From Tetramitus jugosus (lineage: Eukaryota; Protista; Heterolobosea): 64,000 bases of DNA. The position numbers and the translations under genes are program-made. Location of the stretch: contig OW569389.1 of the NCBI GenBank assembly GCA_937625935.1, positions 310,001 to 374,000 on the forward strand. The letters are read 5' to 3'. How positions within the stretch are numbered: position 1 is the first letter of the stretch; every line of letters begins with the position of its first letter. The notes beneath the pieces were generated by a model that was given only the letters and a program-made list of their open reading frames with translations, was not told where the DNA came from and searched no databases. This document shows, in pieces, positions 43,645-55,126 of the stretch.

Positions 43645-45411
43645 TCAACCAAACCATGATGGAGGACATCCAATCTCCTTGAGCCATCTCTGCCAATGAA
43701 AATCTGGCTCACTACTCTTTTGTTGATAGCATATACATTTGCCAATTTGTGATCCCATGCGCTGAACGACCCATGGTGCATTGCTGGCCCTTCCATGTCC
43801 AACATTACCAAACGTTGACATTTTAGACACGACTTGAGCGTGAGAATAGGACAAGAGCATAATATCAACCAGTGCGTTCTGCACGGCAACTACACTCCGA
43901 GAGAATGTGAGTTCCTGAGGATAACTAATTGCAACACCATCAGGGAACCGTTCCTTTGTGTTTTGAATCGTGGTTGCATTGTCTGACATGACCAACACAC
44001 GATATCCATCAATCCAACTCGCCACAACACTGTTTGCGCAATCCCAAAAGAATTTTTCTTCAGATTCGACAAACCATTTGATGGATCGCTCCTTTTCATT
44101 TCTTCGAATCTGAAGTCCAACCATTTTGTAACGTCCTTTGTAATCCGGACTCAATGGAAGTTCAGCTCTCAGATGGCTAGGCACGAGAATATCATTCTGT
44201 TGAATGAAATCTGCCGTTTTTTGAGCAATGTGTGGCAATGGTTGGAACAAGAATCGACTCACGACACCATAGGCATCGCCTTCTGGGAACATGATGTGCT
44301 CCAATTCGTTCATGAACGAATTTTCACGAATCAAATTTGTAAAGTATTGATTACTTCTGAATTCGCTCCATCCGTGTAGCTCTCGCGCCAAATTGAGACA
44401 TTTCAAGTATTGGAAAGCAGGAATGGATTGGTCTTTGCGATGAGTGAGCTCATATGACTTTCGATAGTGTCTCACATTATCACCACGTGTCTTTGGATTT
44501 GGTGTGCACATTTGAAGTGAGGGATGATTGGCATAGAATGACATGTAGCTCCACTCCATGCTCTTTCCGTTAATGGACGGATTCGTGAATAGCTGATGAG
44601 CACCAGCGTTACAATAGTAGTGACCTTGCCAATTATGCATAAAAACATTGCCACTCATGAGAGCTACAATAAAGCTACTTGCTACACCAATCATGACATT
44701 GGCCAATCCACTGCTTTCCCATGGTCTAAACACAATGACGTCTCCAAATGGAACCAACGCAGCAGCAGCTGCAGCAGCAGTTGAATCAGCAGCAGCGGTA
44801 GTAGGAGAGGCCGTTGACGGTGCAGTCACAACAGAAGCTTTTTCAGGTAGTGTATTAGCAGGAAGACGACGACTCGTCTCTTCTTTATCTTGATAAACCA
44901 CCTTGTTGCTATCGTGGATGATAGAGTTAGGATTATGGCAACCAATGGCTTGAATCTTGCTCAATTGCTCCGTATGCCACTCTGCATAATCTTCCAACAA
45001 ATCAGACATATTCAACGATTGAGACCAACGATCAAAGTACCAAGGGATCGCGTCTTTTGGCGCCATCATTCCTCCCTCGGGCGCCAACTGCTTCGGAGAA
45101 TGAGTAATAAAGAGCCGCTGTAAAAGTTCCCGCGTTTTTTTCTTTGCCGTTTCCTTGTCAGCCAAATGTTCGAAAGAGGGTTTGTGCGAGTTTGTGCGAT
45201 TACGGTGGTGAATGAACGGCAGCAACACCAAGAGAAGCAACGAAACAAAAGCAACAAGTAACAGGAAAAGAGTCAATCCATTTTTTCGCAACTGAAAATG
45301 AGTGAGTGAAGCTCTTTTTCTCATCCAAAACCGCGAAAGCAGTAGTTTTATGGTTGAGAAGGAAGAGTGATGTTGTTGTTTCTTATCAGCAGCATTCATC
45401 ATCATTGTCAT
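43645..45411 (-). CDS. Type II membrane fucosyltransferase, GT37/xyloglucan FUT-like
   Basis: N-terminal TM; SGLANVMIGVASSFIVALMS, VGLQIRR, VLVMSD and ALVDIMLLSYS..VVSKMSTFG. Confidence 0.82.
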   Translation of the reverse strand: MTMMMNAADKKQQHHSSFSTIKLLLSRFWMRKRASLTHFQLRKNGLTLFLLLVAFVSLLLLVLLPFIHHRNRTNSHKPSFEHLADKETAKKKTRELLQRLFITHSPKQLAPEGGMMAPKDAIPWYFDRWSQSLNMSDLLEDYAEWHTEQLSKIQAIGCHNPNSIIHDSNKVVYQDKEETSRRLPANTLPEKASVVTAPSTASPTTAAADSTAAAAAAALVPFGDVIVFRPWESSGLANVMIGVASSFIVALMSGNVFMHNWQGHYYCNAGAHQLFTNPSINGKSMEWSYMSFYANHPSLQMCTPNPKTRGDNVRHYRKSYELTHRKDQSIPAFQYLKCLNLARELHGWSEFRSNQYFTNLIRENSFMNELEHIMFPEGDAYGVVSRFLFQPLPHIAQKTADFIQQNDILVPSHLRAELPLSPDYKGRYKMVGLQIRRNEKERSIKWFVESEEKFFWDCANSVVASWIDGYRVLVMSDNATTIQNTKERFPDGVAISYPQELTFSRSVVAVQNALVDIMLLSYSHAQVVSKMSTFGNVGHGRASNAPWVVQRMGSQIGKCICYQQKSSEPDFHWQRWLKEIGCPPSWFG

Positions 45412-45717
45412 ATCTTGTTTTTTTGTTTTTCTGGCTCACAACCTTTTGTCATACCCCAAAATGAAGAATTTCAATGGAGGTTGTTGGTTATTTTGATCAC
45501 ACAGGGAACATGCAAGATTGCGCGTTCTGCTTTTTGTGTTTGATGGGTCAAAAGGCGGATTTAGATCATGGTTCACTTCCTTGTGATTGAGGTTAACGCC
45601 GCGAAATAAACTCATCGATCCAACCCCGAATTTTTTCACTTTCTGAACCGCTTGTTGTAGTACTTCAAACGTGGTTTTACAAACGACACCACCACCATAA
45701 ACAAAACCAATAATACA

Positions 45718-46599
45718 ATGACCCTGTCATATCGTGACATTCGTGAAGCCGTCGAGCAAAAAGTTCGCAGAGCAACGGTTGATGTATTGGTCAGCTACCT
45801 CCTTAGCCATTCGGTTCATCTCGGGGGTCATGAGCAACCGAAACACTTTCTTCGGCGTACAGTGTATCTACAACTGTACAAGGATGCGTACCATATTGGT
45901 TTCTCCGAGCTATCGAAGGCAACAAAAGGTTGGTACAAGGTCAACCATAAAACTCTTGACAGAAACATCAAAAATGTAAGAAAAGGACTGAACACCTGGG
46001 GTAGGAGTCAAGTCACTCCTGGGACTACTGCTGACTGGGAAAAAGCAACAAAGGAAGTCGAAATTCCGAGAGCCGTCGGAGAGACCACTCTTTGGATCGC
46101 TTCAACAGATTGTCAAATTGAGAGAAGAGGAGAGGCACTCAAGAGGCATCCCTTGTATAGTGGTAAACTAAAGAAGGTAGCTCTGCGAAGAATGGTCATC
46201 ACTGATGGCAGACGGAGAATTCGATTCTTCTCGGATGGATACACACCAAAGCTGTATGATTCACACTGGGCGAAGATAAACAAGAGAATTCTTGATGAAA
46301 GCTTCAGTGGTGGTGTGTTTATTGGTGACACAGACTTCCAAAGTTTCGAACATGAGACCGGATTGAAGTGCTACACACCAATCACGATTCCTGTTGGTCG
46401 CACTAAGAAGGGCAATCCCCTCAGTCAAGGTCAAGAAGAATATAATGCCAAACAGAGAAGTGTGAGAGCCATTTGTGAAGCCACCTTGGGGGAAATTAAA
46501 ACAAAGTTCAAGAGTCTCACCACAGCATGGGCTGAAAGTGAACACCAACAAGATTACCTGTTTTCCATTGCTTGTGGAATACACAACGTTGAGCTCTAA
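45718..46599 (+). mobile_element. IS5/PIF-Harbinger/ISL2EU-type DDE transposase ORF, first catalytic Asp substituted, no TIRs seen
   Basis: WIASTD (canonical xIDxT), YSGKLKK, YDS, FIGDTDF and YN..QRSVRAICEATLGEIKTKF. Confidence 0.82.
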
Positions 46600-46881
46600 A
46601 GGGAAGCTCAGTTGTTGTTGTTGTATGAAAAGAATTGCAAAGATGTTTTATCCCTCATTGCCCAAATTCAAATCTACAATAAACTGTTTCTTGGGGACTG
46701 TTGGAAAAGAATTCCCTGATTGCAGGATGAACCACAGTAGCAATTTTGTAAAAATGTAATAGTTTTTTATCAATATTGTTATTGTTGAAATGGAAGGAAA
46801 TTTGATAATTTGATGATTGATTCATACATGGATAAGCAATAAATGTGTAACGAGACAAACAAGGCAAACAAGCAAGCACAT

Positions 46882-48353
46882 TTAAACGGTCCAAACACGC
46901 AAAGTAGTATCCCAAGAGGCAGAAACAAGAGCACAGCCGTTAGGACTGACCTGTACATGACTGACACTATTCTCGTGACCCACCAAAGTCTTCACAGGCT
47001 TTGCAGTCATCGTATCCCAAGCAATAATCTTCTTGTCCTCATACGAAGTAAACATCATTCGTCCACTCTTACTAAAGCTCAAACTGGTCACAGGTTCCTT
47101 GACGAGCGTATCATCCTCAAACGTAGTCAACGTCTGATTCGCTCTCATATCAAACAAGCTACAAGTCTGATCCTCACTACCCGTTCCAATCAACAATCCA
47201 TTAGGGAAGAATCGAACCGAGTTGACATCACTCGTATGATGACCCGTAATGGTCTGAACACATTTTCCACTACGAATATCCCACACTTTTGCACTCTTGT
47301 CGCAACTACCAGAAACAAGCATGTTGTGATCCGGAGAAATATTCACATTCATCACATCACCCAAATGACCTGTAAATTTGGTCAGGACTTGACCCATTTC
47401 GATATCCCAATGCATACAACTCTGATCACCAGACGATGTAATAATATGACGATCACTAATAAACTCGCAATCACTCAAATAACCATTGTGAGCCACCAGT
47501 GATTTACTGACCTTGATATCAGACATGTCATTGAGTGCAGCAGCACTGTGAGCTACAGATGTATGATTACTATTGTTGTTCATCATTGAATTTTGAACAT
47601 TGTTATTATTATTGTTGTTATTATTATTATTATTGCTATTGTTGTTATTGTTATTATTCATGTTATGGTTACTACTGTTGATATTGTTGTTACTAGTGTT
47701 ACCTCCAGTGCCAATCGTACTTGCCAAATTGTTAATATTAAAAATGCTGCACGTGTTGTCCAATCCACCACATGCTACCATGTTACCTGATGGTGCAAAC
47801 GCACATGTCATGATCCAGTTACTGGTCAGTGGAATAGAGTGAATCTTGTATGTGGTTTTTGCGTTCCAGACAATCATACGACCGTCTTGACTGGCAGAGA
47901 CGAGATGAGTGTTGTCTGCACACCAATCCACACAGTAAATTTTACTCAAGTGACCCTTGAGAACGCTCTTGCATCTCATATTGTGCAAATTCAATGGTTT
48001 GCTACTAGTAAAGTCTTGCACTGTGTATTTTTGTATGATAAAATTTGTATGTCATCGTTGGTTAGTTGATGATGAATAGAGGAGAAAAGAATTTTTTTTT
48101 GTATGTTAGCTTTTTTGACATTTCAACGTCGAAAAAAAAGCAATGTAGCTTTGTAGCTATGTAGATGATAGTGAGAGAGATACGTACAGCTTGCATCATT
48201 GTTTGCTTGCTTTGCTTTTTCAATTTGGTCCTTCAATGCCTTGGCATCTTTTTTTGCTTGGTCAATTGCTTGTGGCAATTCGTTTGGACTAATTTTTCTC
48301 ACTTGTTCTTCGACGGACTCTGAGACAACGATTCCTCGCTTGGCACTTGACAT
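46882..48353 (-). CDS. GNB: Heterotrimeric G protein beta subunit; exons 48353-48188 and 48020-46882
   Basis: LKGHLSKIY, LVSASQDG, WIMTCAFAPSG, CGGLDNTCSIF, TSSGDQSC and SWDTTLRVW. The GT..AG intron 48187-48021 joins the N-terminal coiled coil in frame. Confidence 0.95.
47570..47700 (-). repeat. AAT/AAC trinucleotide tract encoding poly-Asn in G-beta
   Basis: (TTA/TTG)n runs on the plus strand. Confidence 0.85.
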
Positions 48354-48739
48354 GATTTTTTTTTCTGTTGTTGTTGTTGTTGGTTGCTGTTTTATTCAAA
48401 CTTTTGTTTTTTTGCACGTATGAGTGTTTCGTTAGAATTCTGCTTCAGTTGTTGTTGTTTGACTAGGAGGAAATTTGACAGTCGCCGGTTGATGTTACCC
48501 CTATTAAAGTGAGGTGTTGCTTGGAACTGTTGACAGCTATCAAATGTCATTACCGGGATCGGTGTTTACGCTCGGAAAAATGAATAATTCTGACAACTGA
48601 AGAAAAATCTTTTTCATGCAGAGCGCTCATTTACGTTTAGAAAGATATCTGTGTGCGAGAGACCAGACCTGTGCGTGATCCGCTGCGAATACAGTAAACA
48701 CCGCGAACAAAAGAAACAGGTTGAGGAGAAACAACAAAT

Positions 48740-50942
48740 TTACTCATTCTGTTGCAAAATAGAAGCATAAGAGAATGAGGAGCTTTGTGCCTTGTTCTCA
48801 GAAGTTGCAGTGCTCACTGGTGATTCCTTCTTCTCAACAACAGGCTTCTTCTCCTTGATGGCTGCTGGCTTTTCTGCCTTCTCAACCTTCTCTGGCTTTT
48901 CTGCCTTCTTCTTTGGAGCGGCTGGTTGATCCTTCTTTGGGGCAACTGGCTTTTGTTGCTTGTCTTCCATCTTCTTTGGCTCTGGTCTGTGTGGTTCTGG
49001 TCTGATCAATGCACCAGAAGCAGCAGCTGGGGAGGCTGGTGAAGCTCTAGAGTCTCCTCTCTTTCTTCCAACGATATCGGATGCCTTGACATTAGAGTTA
49101 CGTCTCTTTCTGTGTGGCAACAAGTGCTCGTTTGAGATTTCTGGAGTCTTAATGTCTCTAGCAGTGATAGCAGCTTCGGCAAAGGAGATCATAGTCGATT
49201 CCATGACGGATTCTGGGCTAGTAGCATCAACAACAGGAACACCCTGATCAGGTGGGCTCATCAAAACCATTTCGGCATGAGGCTCAGTGCGCAAAACATC
49301 GCAATCAGCAGGCAAATCAGTTGGTCTGACCAAATCCTTAACAATAGTTGCATATGCATCGAGAACAACTTGCTTGTTGTACTTGATGTATTCATCACCG
49401 CAATAGCCAGTCTTCGACCGTTCAGCAACAGGCATAGAAGGAAGTGGTGGGAAGTTCTTGGCGCTGTCAATAGTTGGTATTGGTTGTTGAGGAACTGTCT
49501 TTGGCTTTCTAACACCCTTCTTGATTGGTGTAGTGGTGGAAGAAGATGGCACACGTGCGTTTGGAGCGACTCCCTTTTGGTAGGTGGATGGAACGCTCTG
49601 TGGAGCTTGACCGCCTGTCCTTGGTTGAGGAGCTTGTCTTTGTTGTTGTTGTGGGCTGGTTGGTGCAGCGCCAGATGATTGGTTGGTTGCCTTTGGTGCT
49701 TGTGGTCTTGATCCTCCAGTGGTTGCGTTCACATTGGCAGCAGGAACATTGTTGTTAACAAATGGTGCTTGCTTGGTTGGTCCATTCTTGTTCTTTGGGT
49801 TGTAGTAGTCACGGCCTCCGACTCTAGCATTTCTTGGGCCAGCATTGTTGTTGTTGGATCTTCTTGGACCGCCTGTTCCTCTTGGGGCACCACCATTGTT
49901 TCTAAAGTGTGGGTTTCTTCTGTTGTCTCCAAAGTTTTGGCGTGGGTATGCTGGATAGCCTCCTTGTTGTTGTGTGGCTGGGTATGAACTCTTCAACAAA
50001 TTGTCAGACTTGATACGTGCTTGAATTGTCTTGTCCTGGAATGTCTTTCCTCTAATGAAATCAAGTGCTTCCAAAGCTTGCTCATCAGTCTCAAAACCAA
50101 TGAACCAGGTATCACCGATATCACTTCTTATAGTTTGTGGCAAATTGTTCTGGTCAAAGATTTGTTTCACTTCCTATTAATTTTGTTTGTTGATCAAAAA
50201 GTGAACTCGTGGTTAGAAACTGATAAATCATCATTCATAGTGTGTGCGCGAGTCATGGAGTGAGCGACATGCATTTCTCTCTATCCGATGCGAAAAAAAC
50301 AAAATAATCTCCCAAATCAAGCGTTCATCATTTTCTTCATCAAAAGAAAAAAAAGTACATGGTCTTGCTCCTCTCTCGCTCACACACACTCGCTCAACTA
50401 GACACAAAAAACATCGACATTCATACCTCTTCTGGTGTGGATGATGGAATATCACGCAAAATGACAGTGTTTCGTGAAACTGTGAAGTTTGGTTTGATTT
50501 TAGAGCTGGTTTCGTCCAATGTGACATGTGTTGATGACTTGATTGCCTCAACGATCAATGCTGGATCTTCAGTCAAAGTCTTCATCATTTTGAATCCAGC
50601 AATAATTTCAACAGGTACAAACATATCCTTGTTCATATGCGATACTAGGAATGGATCATTGTTCAAATTTTGTCGTGAAAAGTAGTATTCTACTTGCTTG
50701 CGGATGGCTTCCAATAGCTCTTCACCTTCTGTTCCATGCAATGATTGTGATTCGAGTGATCAATAATATGTGAACGAAAAAAAAAGCAAATGTTAGTAAG
50801 AGAGGATTCAACAACAACATGTGAATGGTTAAGTAAGTAGAAAGAGACACGAACCAAGCTTCTTTGTGTTTTCTTGAGTAGCGGTGGTGTTAACTTGTTC
50901 TTCTTGTGGAACGATGGTGGTAGTATTGTCTTCAGAGCTCAT
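48740..50942 (-). CDS. La-related RNA-binding protein (LARP4-like); exons 50942-50855, 50728-50427 and 50173-48740
   Basis: La motif (IRKQVEYYFSRQNLNNDPFL), RRM (NTVILRDIP..TWFIGF) and NFPPLP. Two GT..AG introns keep the frame. Confidence 0.88.
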
Positions 50943-51628
50943 GCTTATTATTATTATTTTTGTAGTTGGCAGATGATAGATGCGCGCTTATTATTTGTTG
51001 TTGTTGTTGTTGGGTGGTGGACGATTTGAACACTAGTTGTTGTTGTTATTGATGCTTTTTTGCTTGTTTTTGATTTTCTCCAATGATGATAACTTTTCGT
51101 TTCAGAATAATAATATTTGAATTTTTATATTCTAATATTATACGAAAGAGAGATGAGAGAGAAGTTTCAAATAGTTCTTTTGGTTTTTTGTTTTCCAATC
51201 AAAAAAAATGGAATTACGTGTGTCTGTCGCCTTTTTGCGTTGTGTGTGAATTTCGAGTTGCTCTTTATTTTTCGTCGCGAAATTGCATCCAACTTTACAA
51301 TAAAAAAAATTCCACACACATAGACCTTGGTCAACCCTGAAGGATAGCTGAGAGCAAGGCTCGGAAATGCAAACACGTGACAGCCAAGCACGTAATGGCT
51401 TGGATACCCATAATCATCGAATGAACCACATTCACCTTTGACTGACATACTGTCCTCGTTCGTTGCTGTAGAGTCCTACCACTTTAGAGGTGAACCTTCG
51501 TGGATGTCAAGAAACGTTGACAACAGAACACAATTCCCACGAAGTCTGGATGCAGCTATCCAACTCGGGCAAACACCCAAAAATTTTGTCGGGATTAAAG
51601 CTGTAGAAACAAAACATCCAAACAACAA

Positions 51629-53056
51629 ATGCCCAAACTCCACTCATTCACATCTCTCCTGTTACTTCTCTCACTATCCCTCCTCTTTTTCACTTGTCAC
51701 ACATTGGCCAATGTCCAACAAACTCACAACAACAATAATGCCGCCAAAAATTCTCCTTTTGCAATGGACATGAACGATTTTTTCACTAGTAGCAACAGCA
51801 ACAACATTTCAACCATTTTGACATCTCAACAAATTTGTTCAACCAACAGTGCAAGTCACACCAAGGCTCACAAACGAACAGCCACTCAATTCCTTCAAGT
51901 AATGAACGGATGTCACATGGACACATCAAACAATGAAATTCTATATCGAACATCAAAGCTATTGATTGATTGGTTCAGTCCAACTGTGATTACAAGTGTC
52001 ATTTTTGTGTTTATCATGGTTTTACCATGGATCATGAGTGTGTATGATGATGAACAGAAAACGACTGAAAATATGAGTCGATTTGCGCATTATACACTTG
52101 TTGCATGTGATTTGATGTTTCGAATCTCGTGGGTTACTGCGTTTGGAGCATGGTTGTTAGCTGTGTTTAGACAAGCTTCACCTTGTTCCTGTTCTCAACA
52201 CATTTATGCTTCACCTGCTTCATCATCGTCATCGTTGTTTTTAGCTTCTTCGGATGAAATGATTTTGTTGGGTCAAACAGCAGAAAAAGTTGTTGGTTAC
52301 GTGTTTGGTATGCCCAATGTTCACGTCTTGGTCACTACTGTGCTCTCTCTGCATGCCATTCAGAGAATGAGTATTCCTATCGGAGGTTTTCTATTGTTGG
52401 TGATGCCGGTGGCGGCAGTTTTTTCTGGAATGGCAAGCACAGGTCAAGTCATTGCCGCTTTTTTTATTGCTATTCCGTTGCACTTTTATCAAACGTTGAC
52501 TCCGCAGTGGTTGCGCTTGGTTGACTTTGCGTTCAATTTGTTCTCTGGAGTGCTCGTGTTGCCGCTCGTCAAACATTTTTACTTGTCTCAGGATTTTGCC
52601 TTTTCTGAAATGTTTTTCGAAGGAGTGATCATGCAAGTGTTTTCATTGGTTGTGATCATTGTATTCTTCTCGCTCGGTTTTCTCAAGATTACAATCAAGA
52701 GACCCATTTATGAGAGCAGTCCACTGGATATTCAACATTTGAGAATGAGATTGACACCGGAGCAAAAGCAGTTAATGGAGGGAGAGCAAATGGGGTATGA
52801 TCACTCGGATTATGCAAATACTTCGTCACCATCGTCCTCTCTGCTATCTTCTTCGTCAAGACGTGGCTCCATGTCGTTGGCATCTGCTGGTTACTCGTAC
52901 GATGAAGGTCACGTGTTTAGTGTTTTGTACGCTTATCCAATGATTCTTTATGCGATTGCACTGGGAACATTCTTGCTTGTGGCAGCATTCAAGGTTGCTG
53001 CTGTAAAGTACTTGGATGAGATGCTTTCATTTGGTCAGAGCATTCATCACAAGTAG
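51629..53056 (+). CDS. Multi-pass membrane protein with degenerate PAP2-like motifs
   Basis: Signal peptide and several TM segments; FRQASP, GMPNVH and SGMASTGQV at PAP2 motif positions. Confidence 0.7.
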   Translation: MPKLHSFTSLLLLLSLSLLFFTCHTLANVQQTHNNNNAAKNSPFAMDMNDFFTSSNSNNISTILTSQQICSTNSASHTKAHKRTATQFLQVMNGCHMDTSNNEILYRTSKLLIDWFSPTVITSVIFVFIMVLPWIMSVYDDEQKTTENMSRFAHYTLVACDLMFRISWVTAFGAWLLAVFRQASPCSCSQHIYASPASSSSSLFLASSDEMILLGQTAEKVVGYVFGMPNVHVLVTTVLSLHAIQRMSIPIGGFLLLVMPVAAVFSGMASTGQVIAAFFIAIPLHFYQTLTPQWLRLVDFAFNLFSGVLVLPLVKHFYLSQDFAFSEMFFEGVIMQVFSLVVIIVFFSLGFLKITIKRPIYESSPLDIQHLRMRLTPEQKQLMEGEQMGYDHSDYANTSSPSSSLLSSSSRRGSMSLASAGYSYDEGHVFSVLYAYPMILYAIALGTFLLVAAFKVAAVKYLDEMLSFGQSIHHK

Positions 53057-53355
53057 AGCTCCATTATTGAGTTAGAACTTTAATTTCTTTTTATACAATT
53101 GGATAGAGTATTTATTGACTGTACAGAACAGAATATGAATGAGACTAATATGAAAATAAATAACAACAACAAGAAACGAAGCTTTGGATGAGTGAGATCC
53201 TCATTGCTTTGTTTCCAACTTCCCTCGAGACCAGAACTAAGGTCCTTGACAAAAATCAAAACAAAGAGCTTGCATTCTTCTCTGATTTGTTTTTCACAAC
53301 ACAGATTCCAAAAAACAACGAAACAAGAAACACACATTGGATCAAGTGTTGAAAG

Positions 53356-54132
53356 ATGAAGGTCATTGCAGTTACTGGTGGAATTGCATGTGGTAAGAGC
53401 ACCGTTACCAAAGAAATGGCTCAAATACCAAACGTCCGCATTGTTGATGCCGATCTGATTGCCAGACAGGCACTCGCAGTTGGTTCACCTCCCTATTTGA
53501 AGCTAAGGTCCATGTTGAAGTCTAATGAAAAGTACAGAGATCAGTTTTCTCGTTTGTTTCATGAGGAGGAGGAAGATCAGGCAACCACACAACAATTGGG
53601 TTCTGAATTGAAAGGAACAGTCAATAGAGAGCTCTTGGGAAAGTTTGTGTTTGCTGATGAGCAATTGAGACGTCAGTTGAACCATATTACTCACTCTTGG
53701 ATCCAAAAGCAGATTATCATGCAAATTCTGAGTGAATGGAGACAACACATGTTTAATACTGATCGTGTGGTTGTAATGGACATTCCCTTGTTGTTTGAAG
53801 CCGGATACATTTATCGGTTCATTGCTAGCAAGGTGATATGTGTTACGACGACGAGTGATTTGGAATTAAGGTGGCTCATGAAGAGAAACAATTTGTCAGA
53901 GACTGATGCAATGAATCGAATTCGTTCTCAGATGCCACTCGCTGTCAAGGAACAAAAATCGGATTATGTGATACGAAACACTGGCAGTTTGAGTGACTTA
54001 CAATCTGAAACAAGGAGAGTGTTTATGAAATGCAAAAGAGAGGCAAGTTCCTTCGGTTCACGCACAATGAAATGTGCTGGTCTTGCAGCTGGTGTTGCGG
54101 GTGGTCTCTGGTATCTGAACAGTCGATTGTAA
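53356..54132 (+). CDS. Dephospho-CoA kinase (CoaE/DCAKD-like)
   Basis: VTGGIACGKSTV, VDADLIAR, DIPLLFE and RIRSQMPL, with a C-terminal anchor. Confidence 0.95.
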   Translation: MKVIAVTGGIACGKSTVTKEMAQIPNVRIVDADLIARQALAVGSPPYLKLRSMLKSNEKYRDQFSRLFHEEEEDQATTQQLGSELKGTVNRELLGKFVFADEQLRRQLNHITHSWIQKQIIMQILSEWRQHMFNTDRVVVMDIPLLFEAGYIYRFIASKVICVTTTSDLELRWLMKRNNLSETDAMNRIRSQMPLAVKEQKSDYVIRNTGSLSDLQSETRRVFMKCKREASSFGSRTMKCAGLAAGVAGGLWYLNSRL

Positions 54133-54329
54133 ACTTGAGTGAGTACCTAAAGAGTTTACAATGTAAAACAAACCAACCATGGGCGCAAGAGCACCTTGTT
54201 CCACACTTCTGCCCTTCACCCATCAAAAACTAAAATCACTGACATTTCACAAAGAAACACTTTGAAATAAAAATCAAACAACCAAAAAAGACAAGAATAT
54301 CACTCGCTCACCAAACAAAATATCAAAAG

Positions 54330-55082
54330 ATGAATGCTGTTGTTGATTTTCGTTCACAAGGGATCCAATCCATTCAAGAATTGAAACATTTGATTGAATT
54401 TGAACATTCAATCTATCCTAGCGCCAATTCCTCCGAGATTGAACGTGTCGTTTCTTCTTGGTACCTTCCCGCGCAAACTCAGAACCCGACTCTACAGCTC
54501 GCTCACCGATTGGCGCGCGTGCTTTATGCAAATGACGACAATCGTCTTTTGGGCTACTACATGGTTCTTCCGTTGCATGAGAGTGCATATGAGGATTTGC
54601 TGCACGGTAGACTGACAGAGCTTGAAATTGGTCCACAACACTTGGTTGTTGATGCATCAAAGTGTTCTCGCATCGGTCTCCATGTGTATCACATTGAAAA
54701 GTTTGGAAAGGACAAGTTGGGAGTTGGTTTCTCGACTCTTATGCTAAGATCGATTGGTCAGGTGTTGAGAGAGTTCTCTCACATACAAGTCATTGGTTTC
54801 GGTGCTTATTGTGTCTCAGCGTCAGGTATTCAACTGTTTATGAATACTTGGAATTGTTATGAGATTGTATCGAGTGACAAGAACAGTGAAGAAGAGCACA
54901 TTTTCATTGATAAGCGCACACGTGAGGTCAAGGTTGTTTCGTTCAGTCAAACCCAGTCACAGTCCATTTACCAAAAGTATGCTCATTTGCAATACATGCA
55001 TCGCTGTAAGATGCTAGTGACTCGACCTGATCAGTTTTCTCCTGTTTGGCCATACTTACGATGCAATAGATCAAATTTATAA
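54330..55082 (+). CDS. Hypothetical protein, possible GNAT fold
   Basis: 250-aa ORF; LLGYYMVLPL..YEDLLHGRLTE..LHVYHIE pattern. Confidence 0.65.
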   Translation: MNAVVDFRSQGIQSIQELKHLIEFEHSIYPSANSSEIERVVSSWYLPAQTQNPTLQLAHRLARVLYANDDNRLLGYYMVLPLHESAYEDLLHGRLTELEIGPQHLVVDASKCSRIGLHVYHIEKFGKDKLGVGFSTLMLRSIGQVLREFSHIQVIGFGAYCVSASGIQLFMNTWNCYEIVSSDKNSEEEHIFIDKRTREVKVVSFSQTQSQSIYQKYAHLQYMHRCKMLVTRPDQFSPVWPYLRCNRSNL

Positions 55083-55126
55083 GTCAATACAATCCCATTT
55101 TTTAATAACGAAAATAAATATCAAAA

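Noticed and set aside
45500-46720. CAGGGAA / TTCCCTG as transposon TIRs
   Set aside because: Only 7 bp, not extendable, with no TSD. Expected by chance.
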